NCBI GenBank assembly: GCA_964585935.1
Contig: CAZPFO010000005.1
Coordinates: 1 to 61,403, forward strand
Direction: 5' to 3'
Length of the DNA: 61,403 nt
Source: an uncultured Methanosarcinales archaeon
Lineage (GTDB): Archaea; Nanobdellota; Nanobdellia; Woesearchaeales; GW2011-AR4
Of the stretch, positions 55,244-61,403 are shown one piece after another; position 1 is the stretch's first letter, and each line of letters begins with the position of its first letter. Position numbers and translations under genes: made by a program. Under the pieces are notes generated by a model, which was not told the origin of the DNA, made no database searches, and worked only from the letters and a program-made list of their open reading frames with translations.

Positions 55244-55381
55244 TTAAGTATCCAAGTGAGTATATTTGTTTGAATTGCCCATATCAAGCAGGAATTTTTC
55301 ACAGTCCCTGCAAACATAAGGGTCAGACAGACCACTTTTTAGTATAATATATCCGCAGTTCACGCACCTTCTTCTTTTCAT
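55244..55381 (-). CDS. 45-aa CxxC...CxxC zinc-finger microprotein
   Basis: MKRRRCVNCGYIILKSGLSDPYVCRDCEKFLLDMGNSNKYTHLDT; starts 5 nt after upstream stop; not in ORF track. Confidence 0.7.
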   Translation of the reverse strand: MKRRRCVNCGYIILKSGLSDPYVCRDCEKFLLDMGNSNKYTHLDT

Positions 55382-55386
55382 TTTAA

Positions 55387-55584
55387 CTAGCTGGCTGCAT
55401 CATAACCTGCCATAAATGCAGCTTCGAAAGGGTCTAACTCATCATTATCAAGCAGATCTTCCCTTGTTGTATCAGAATATATATCATCTATATTATCCGG
55501 AACTTCTTCTTCCAATGCCTCTTGTTCATTTTTTATTTTAACCACCTTTTTATGTAAGAATGTTTTGAGGCAGATTTGTGCCAA
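55387..55584 (-). CDS. small acidic protein (true start probably a downstream GTG)
   Basis: DIYSDTTREDLLDNDELDPFEAAFMAGY; co-oriented with two microproteins. Confidence 0.7.
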   Translation of the reverse strand: MAQICLKTFLHKKVVKIKNEQEALEEEVPDNIDDIYSDTTREDLLDNDELDPFEAAFMAGYDAAS

Positions 55585-55867
55585 AATCCTTTCAAACTAC
55601 TAAAATTGCTTGCGCAAAATTAGTGTTTTAAATCGCTTTCACGATCCTGTTGCAAAAACTTGAGGGTTTTTGTGTTTTTTGGGATTTTGACTTTAAACCA
55701 GGCTGCCCTGATTTTCTTGTTTTAAATGCCCTTTAGTTCTTGTCTGTCCAAAAATTTATTTTTGAACACCTTTAACAGGAATTAAAGGGTTTTAACCTAC
55801 CCCAAAAACATTCTAGTAAATAAGAGAAACATTTAAATATATATACTTATCCCATATATCATATATA

Positions 55868-55886
55868 GCATATATCTTATATATGC
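55868..55886. promoter_or_regulatory. palindrome upstream of PhoU-like regulator
   Basis: GCATATAT-ctt-ATATATGC within several CATATAT repeats downstream of TATA-like TTTAAATA. Confidence 0.5.
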
Positions 55887-55925
55887 TAAATTTGAAATTT
55901 ATATAATTTTTATATATTATAAGGG

Positions 55926-57083
55926 GTGGTTAAAATTGATTTTAGAAAAATAATAGGCTTTGGTAATGGAGGTTATGTTGTTTCGTTGCCAAGGACATGG
56001 GTAAACAAAAACAAACTGAAAAAAGGAGATTCATTGACAATTAATGAAGATTCAGGTACCCTAACTTTTTCTGTTAATACTGAAGAGGAAAAAAAAGAGG
56101 AAAAGATCATAACTATTGAGTCCGGAGAAAAGAAATTAGACAGAATAAAGGCGGAGATTGTCTCTGCATATTTGAATAATTATACTATAATCGAAGTTAT
56201 ATCAAAAAAAAATCTTACAAATGCTGTGGATATCAAAGATATATTAAGAAATTTAGCTGGTTTGGAGATAATGGAGCAGACTTCTACAAGGATGGTTGCA
56301 AAAGACCTCATAAGCATTAATGAGATATCGGTTGAGGGGATTATAAGGAGGATGGACATCATTGTCAGGGGCATGGTTGATGACTGTGAAAAATGTATTT
56401 CTGGGGATGACCGTTATGAAGATATATTTCAGAGAGATGCAGATGTCAATAGGCTATTTTACTTAGCAACAAGGGTCATTAAAAATGGACTAAAAAACCC
56501 AAGGGTTGCAAAAATACTTAACAGGGAACCTCATCAGCTTAACACAGACAGTTTAATTGTGATAAGGCTGGAAAAAATTGCAGACAGGCAAAAAAGAATT
56601 GCAAGGCATATAAGGGGTGTAAATATCAGTAAGGAAACAGAAAAAGAGCTGAACATGTTATGCAGCGAGGTGAAGAAATCATATTTGGATGTAATGAAGG
56701 CATACTATACGCATAATAGGGATCTTGCTTTTGATATTGAATTGAAAAACAGGCAGTTAATTAAAAACTGCATGGAATTTTTAGACAGGAACTCCGGCTG
56801 TTATCTTGAGACCTGTTATCTGGTTGAGATGCTGAAAAAAGACAAGGGAAAGAAAGGTGTTGGAACAAAAGAATGGGTTATGGAGCTTATGAAAATTAAT
56901 GAGGGTAAAAAAGAAGTTCTGATAAACAGATGCTGGACTGATATGGTAAAAAGCAAGGATAAAAAAGAACAGCTGAAGTTCAGAGTAAATAGGTGCATCC
57001 AGGTTACAAAAATAGTCAATAACCTGAAAGGAATGTCAGCATCAATAAGGTATATAGCAAGAAGCGTTATTGAGAATGAATGA
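55926..57083 (+). CDS. archaeal phosphate-uptake regulator (AbrB-like N-domain + PhoU domains)
   Basis: RKIIGFGNGGYVVSLPRTWV..NKLKKGD, IVSAYLNNY, LAGLEIMEQ, RDADVNRL, LEKIADR; GTG start. Confidence 0.85.
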   Translation: MVKIDFRKIIGFGNGGYVVSLPRTWVNKNKLKKGDSLTINEDSGTLTFSVNTEEEKKEEKIITIESGEKKLDRIKAEIVSAYLNNYTIIEVISKKNLTNAVDIKDILRNLAGLEIMEQTSTRMVAKDLISINEISVEGIIRRMDIIVRGMVDDCEKCISGDDRYEDIFQRDADVNRLFYLATRVIKNGLKNPRVAKILNREPHQLNTDSLIVIRLEKIADRQKRIARHIRGVNISKETEKELNMLCSEVKKSYLDVMKAYYTHNRDLAFDIELKNRQLIKNCMEFLDRNSGCYLETCYLVEMLKKDKGKKGVGTKEWVMELMKINEGKKEVLINRCWTDMVKSKDKKEQLKFRVNRCIQVTKIVNNLKGMSASIRYIARSVIENE

Positions 57084-57209
57084 AAAGGAGTTAAATAGTC
57101 AGAAAGGTGTGTTAATAGCCTGGCTCCTTGGATAGCCCTCTTAAATCACTGAGTTAGCAGGACTATAGTTTCGTGGTTCCTGTCTTAAGGGGCATAAGCC
57201 CGATTTAGT

Positions 57210-57232
57210 AAATAGGTTAAGGGGCGTTTTTT
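57210..57232 (+). repeat. left arm of 23-bp inverted repeat / T-tract terminator-like site
   Basis: AAATAGGTTAAGGGGCGTTTTTT matches reverse complement of 60048-60070 at 20/23. Confidence 0.6.
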
Positions 57233-57234
57233 TA

Positions 57235-59187
57235 TCATCCAAATAATTTAATAAACCAATTAATTATTTTTTGAATAAAACTTGGACTTATACATTTACT
57301 GTTTACGCAAATATTAGTTGAACACTCATAATTGTTATTGCAACTAATACTTTCTGATTTTTGATTTTTTAAAGAATAATCAGTATCACAAAATTTTGTT
57401 TCAGTTCTTAATCCAAAAGGAATACAGATATTATCCTCATTTAAACATCCTTGACAAATTGGGCTACAAAAATCTTCTTTACAATTATTTGAAGTACATT
57501 CATAACTATTCTGGCATTCTGCCTTATTTTCCTTTTGTTTTAGCATTTCCTTATCAATATTACAATAAAAATCAACGTTATCTTTCTCAATCCTTATACC
57601 AAAAGGAACACAGGTCTCTTCATTTAATTTACAACCTTGGCAGATTGATATTTTGGGTAATTCTTTTAAACATTCATTTTTAATAATTTTAGAATTGCCT
57701 ATTTTAGTTTCTTCACATCTGCCATTATTTTTAATATAGACTTTACATTCTTCAAATATTACCTTGTCTTTTCCTGAACACTCTTCAGATTTAATCAAAC
57801 AAGATTTATCTGGACATTCTGTAGATGATTCTATTATTTCTTCAGTTATTTCAACTTCTTCACCTTCTTCAATAAAGGGTATTGGTGCTTCTTTACTTTC
57901 AAGAAAATCTACTGTCGTACCGCCATAAGTAACTATTGACTTTACAGGTATTGCAATCCCATATTTTTTTTGGACAAAAATAGCAATGTCGCTTGCAAGT
58001 ATAACTTCTTCAGAAGGGGAGTTATCTCTCACTATAAATTTAAAGTTACCATCTCGAATCAAAACAACCATTCTTGTTCCTAGTTCTTTTAATGTCACTT
58101 CTGTATCTAATTTTGTTCCTTTGACTTCCATTATATAGCCTTTTGATTGGATAAATGCTGCCACATCAGAAGCCTTAATTACATCATCAGCATGTGCTTT
58201 ATCATCGACTATTATCAGGGGGTTTATGTCTGATTGAGATACAATTTGGCTATCAATTTTATTCCCAGTATTTACTGAAGGACTGCTTACGAAATCCACA
58301 GTGGCTTCGCTATATATAACTGTAGATTTTACTGGAAGGGTTACTCCATATTTTTTTTGGACAAAAATAGCAATGTCGCTTGCAAGTATAACTTCTTCAG
58401 AAGGGGCGTTATCTCTCACTATAAATTTAAAGTTACCATCTCGAATCAAAATGACAATTCTGGTTGCTAACTCCTTTAATTTCACTTCTGAATCTATTTT
58501 TGTCCAACTAACTTCCATTGTATAACCTTTTGATTGAAGAAAGATTGCTATATCAGATGCCTTAATTACATCATCAGCATGTGCTTTATCATCGACTATT
58601 ATTAATGGTTTGATATCAGATTTTTGAGGTAAATCAGGTATTGCTTTTTCTTTTATTTCATCTATACTTAATTCTGTTCCTTTAAGGTCATAATCATTAT
58701 AATTCGCCAATATTTTTGTTGCTTCTCGAACATTCTCTGTTGAATCGCCTGTTACAATAAGGACATAATAGTCGCCATTTTCAATTAATTTTATTACGCC
58801 TGTTGTTGGAGAACCCGAATAGAAGTTATCTATCAATGAATTTCCTTTTTCTGTATCTCTTAATGGCACCCCAATAAGGATCATGCTTTGAGCATTTGGA
58901 TTGTCTACTTCTGAAGCAATTTTTGACGACCCGACATATATCTTAGTAATTGTTGTAGTGTCGCTACCTATTACTTCTGCAGTATCTTGCTCAACACTTG
59001 TATATTGAATACTTGATATAATATCACTAAGACCAATTACATCGTCAGAGGGAGCTTTATCCCCAATTACCAAGATACCATTAAATTTTCCATCTTTGAT
59101 AAATATGTCTGGATAGTCACTTAAGTCTAAGGCACTCACTTGACTTATACATATAATCAATATGATAAAAAATAATACTTTTTTCAT
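57235..59187 (-). CDS. S-layer-like secreted protein with internal 129-aa duplication and C-terminal Cys-rich region
   Basis: Signal peptide (QVSA|LDLSDYP); recurring A..D[DE]VI.ASDIA motif; DNA duplication with 387-bp offset (~57935-58235 vs ~58322-58622). Confidence 0.75.
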   Translation of the reverse strand: MKKVLFFIILIICISQVSALDLSDYPDIFIKDGKFNGILVIGDKAPSDDVIGLSDIISSIQYTSVEQDTAEVIGSDTTTITKIYVGSSKIASEVDNPNAQSMILIGVPLRDTEKGNSLIDNFYSGSPTTGVIKLIENGDYYVLIVTGDSTENVREATKILANYNDYDLKGTELSIDEIKEKAIPDLPQKSDIKPLIIVDDKAHADDVIKASDIAIFLQSKGYTMEVSWTKIDSEVKLKELATRIVILIRDGNFKFIVRDNAPSEEVILASDIAIFVQKKYGVTLPVKSTVIYSEATVDFVSSPSVNTGNKIDSQIVSQSDINPLIIVDDKAHADDVIKASDVAAFIQSKGYIMEVKGTKLDTEVTLKELGTRMVVLIRDGNFKFIVRDNSPSEEVILASDIAIFVQKKYGIAIPVKSIVTYGGTTVDFLESKEAPIPFIEEGEEVEITEEIIESSTECPDKSCLIKSEECSGKDKVIFEECKVYIKNNGRCEETKIGNSKIIKNECLKELPKISICQGCKLNEETCVPFGIRIEKDNVDFYCNIDKEMLKQKENKAECQNSYECTSNNCKEDFCSPICQGCLNEDNICIPFGLRTETKFCDTDYSLKNQKSESISCNNNYECSTNICVNSKCISPSFIQKIINWFIKLFG

Positions 59188-59221
59188 TTTATCATTCCCA
59201 AAAATATTTTTTTTATGTACA

Positions 59222-59455
59222 TTAAATTAAAGATATACCAATAATTCTAATTGCAATTGTCCCCCATACAATTACCATTGCTATATACAATGGCCACTTG
59301 ATTGTATACTCTTTAGATTTCTTAAACCTCTTATAAGAGAGCGCCATAAGGATTGCTGAAATAATTAAAAGAAGATTTCCGATTAATCCGCCAATCAGAA
59401 ATGTTGATAATGCAAGCAATGCAGCTATTATGCTTAACGGTTCAATTTTTGCCAT
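59222..59455 (-). CDS. small membrane protein
   Basis: 77 aa, three hydrophobic segments; abuts upstream gene. Confidence 0.65.
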   Translation of the reverse strand: MAKIEPLSIIAALLALSTFLIGGLIGNLLLIISAILMALSYKRFKKSKEYTIKWPLYIAMVIVWGTIAIRIIGISLI

Positions 59456-59998
59456 TTATGATACCTCAATACATTTTTCTTTTGTAATGTAATCCTCACC
59501 TTCAACATTTAATATGTTAGCACAGGCACTAGAATCTCTATAATTATCGCCATAGTAAAAATAGCATTTATTTCTTTTCTCCAAATTCTCAATATTCCCA
59601 CATATATCTGAGCTGAAACCCTTAGTTCCGAACTGGTCTAAAAAGATTAAATCATGATAGCAATCATCTTTTGAATTAATCAATGGATTATCGGTGCTTT
59701 CCATTTTTGCACAATAATTTGAATCGGAGTAAATGGTTGCAAATTCATAATAACATTTATTTTTTCCGTTAATATTATTAAATTTGTCAAAATGTTCACA
59801 TATATCTGCACTAACTCCTTCTTTACCAACTAAAGAGATAATGCATGAGCTTAAATAAAGTTCATTTTTCATTTGTAAACAATAATTGACATCTTTGTTT
59901 TCCTTAGCTAAATCAAATAATTGAGAATCTGATTTTGTACAGCCAAATATAGTAAATAGAATTATACAAGTAAATAATAATAAAATTTTTCTTTGCAT
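59456..59998 (-). CDS. Cys-repeat putative lipoprotein
   Basis: IFGC lipobox-like; five C-x(11-16)-C[YI] units like the 16984 repeat. Confidence 0.75.
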   Translation of the reverse strand: MQRKILLLFTCIILFTIFGCTKSDSQLFDLAKENKDVNYCLQMKNELYLSSCIISLVGKEGVSADICEHFDKFNNINGKNKCYYEFATIYSDSNYCAKMESTDNPLINSKDDCYHDLIFLDQFGTKGFSSDICGNIENLEKRNKCYFYYGDNYRDSSACANILNVEGEDYITKEKCIEVS

Positions 59999-60047
59999 AT
60001 TCGGGTATAGTTTAACATATAATATTTAAATATATCGGTAGTCGTCT

Positions 60048-60070
60048 AAAAAACGCCCCTTTCACTATTT
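60048..60070 (-). repeat. right arm of 23-bp inverted repeat / T-tract terminator-like site
   Basis: AAAAAACGCCCCTTTCACTATTT; inverse of 57210-57232. Confidence 0.6.
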
Positions 60071-60208
60071 TAGGGAACCCCCATTTTCGTAGAAAAAAAT
60101 AAGAACTTTATTGAGTTTAATATCATTTCCTCCAACTTCTCTTATAGAGTTCCATCTACAAAAAATTACCATTTTTCAATCCAAAAAATTCCAATAGAAT
60201 TCTAATAA

Positions 60209-61303
60209 TCAATATCCGCTAAAAACTATCTTTTTCCCTTCTTTTTCCAGTACTGTCCTTGTTTTGTTTGATTTTTTTACTTCGCCGACAAGCTCTGCGT
60301 GTTTTATTTTTTGAAGTATGTTTTCTGCATCCTGCTTCTTGGCTATGATGAAGAAGCCCATGCCCATGTTAAATGAGGTGTACATTCTTTCTTCACTAAA
60401 GCCAGACTCTTTCTGCATTAATTTGAATATTGGCTGTGGCTCAATAGGGTTATTGATCCTGAACTCAACATTCTGGCTTATTCTGTTGAAATTCTTTAAG
60501 CCGTAGCCTGTATTGTTGATGCCTACAACAGGGAAGTTTTTTGCAACCTTTGCCATGTCTTTTATGTAAATTCTTGTTGGCTCCAGTAAAATATTTCCGA
60601 TAGTAGCGCCATTAAAGTCATAATCCAGAGTATATTTACCTGTATAGTTCTTCTTGAACTCCGGCCTATCTTCAAATTCTCCTTTCAAAAGCTTGAATCT
60701 TAAGTCAGTGTAGCCGTTTGAATGGGGCCCTGAGCTTCTTAATGCAATTATCTTATCACCAACACCGACCTTTATATTTAATTTATCTTTTCTGATAAAT
60801 CCCACCATGCATCCTGCTATATCAAAACCAAATCCCGGCTTTAAGCCTGCAATTAACTCATCAACAGATGCTGTTTCGCCTTTGCCAAAATTCATCCTTA
60901 TTGAGTTTCTTAAAATGTTTGAGGAGTCACACTGCCCTAAGCCTTTGACAATCCCTTTTATGATGCTGCCTGTTAATTCTCTCTCCTGGATTCCTTTCTG
61001 GCATGCCAGATAATCCATGAATAAGAATGGATTCACGGCTCCTAAAGTAGCGAGGTCATTTGCACACATTGCAACTAAATCTATCCCAATAGTATCGTAT
61101 TTCGACATTGCCTCTGCAATTATTATTTTTGTTCCTACACCATCCACTCCGGTAGCAATATAATGCTTAGGAAAGACTTCATTGTTTTCATGCAGATCTG
61201 CAAACATTCCTTTAATTCCTTTTACAGAATCTTTTTTCAAAGAATCAGGTATTGCGTCCTTTATAGCCTGGACTGCTTTTGCTTCCCTTTTTTGGTAGGT
61301 CAT
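60209..61303 (-). CDS. purM: phosphoribosylformylglycinamidine cyclo-ligase (AIR synthase)
   Basis: GVDGVGTK, IGIDLVAMCANDL, FMDY, GETA, SSGPHSNGYT, LLEPTRIY, FNMGMGF. Confidence 0.88.
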   Translation of the reverse strand: MTYQKREAKAVQAIKDAIPDSLKKDSVKGIKGMFADLHENNEVFPKHYIATGVDGVGTKIIIAEAMSKYDTIGIDLVAMCANDLATLGAVNPFLFMDYLACQKGIQERELTGSIIKGIVKGLGQCDSSNILRNSIRMNFGKGETASVDELIAGLKPGFGFDIAGCMVGFIRKDKLNIKVGVGDKIIALRSSGPHSNGYTDLRFKLLKGEFEDRPEFKKNYTGKYTLDYDFNGATIGNILLEPTRIYIKDMAKVAKNFPVVGINNTGYGLKNFNRISQNVEFRINNPIEPQPIFKLMQKESGFSEERMYTSFNMGMGFFIIAKKQDAENILQKIKHAELVGEVKKSNKTRTVLEKEGKKIVFSGY

Positions 61304-61403
61304 ACTATACTATAATTTATCCGGTTTTATAAAGGTTTTGAAATTGCTGGCTTGGGTGAAAATAAAAAATAATAAATAACCCATCTGCTCTGTTAAGAGC
61401 AAG

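Noticed and set aside
57150-57185. Possible hammerhead ribozyme (GAAAC-tata-GTC on minus strand)
   Set aside because: Required CTGANGA core is absent
60085-60140. Short RBS-preceded minus-strand ORF (MILNSIKFLFFSTKMGVP)
   Set aside because: 18 codons only, no supporting context; could be a decayed gene start
1-61403. rRNA, tRNA, SRP RNA or RNase P RNA genes; transposase/integrase genes; sigma28 promoter consensus (TAAA-N15-GCCGATAA)
   Set aside because: No T-loop GTTCRA cloverleaf, rRNA-like GC-rich tract, DDE/Y1/tyrosine-recombinase motif or convincing sigma28 site found by eye; tRNAscan-SE/Infernal would be needed to exclude them formally

Overview
61.4-kb chromosomal segment of an AT-rich archaeon, most likely DPANN and Woesearchaeota-like (inferred from eL15, archaeal SRP54, archease+RtcB, PGI/PMI, TATA/BRE promoters, and GGAGG/GGTGA ribosome-binding sites mixed with many bacterial-type genes). 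It carries housekeeping and metabolic genes (porGDAB, iscS/iscU/ttuA, class II RNR with intein, CobO adenosyltransferase, trxB, nth, EndoQ, thrS, purM), two toxin-antitoxin pairs, several Cys-repeat/S-layer-like surface proteins, and dispersed palindromic intergenic repeats. No rRNA, tRNA, CRISPR array or transposase was recognised. Most notable: (1) a full FliA/WhiG(sigma28)-like protein with an extra N-terminal domain under an archaeal promoter; (2) a coupled pair of a Pro-loop-channel-like membrane protein and a TIR-domain protein; (3) a bacterial-type NrdR regulon with two pairs of NrdR boxes, each 32 bp apart; (4) an RNR intein ending in Leu-Asp instead of His-Asn; (5) a domain-permuted dikinase-like phosphotransferase paired with a phosphatase; (6) a membrane-anchored ArsR regulator and a beta-propeller gene sharing an identically placed operator. 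All family assignments come from motif recognition by eye; no searches were run.
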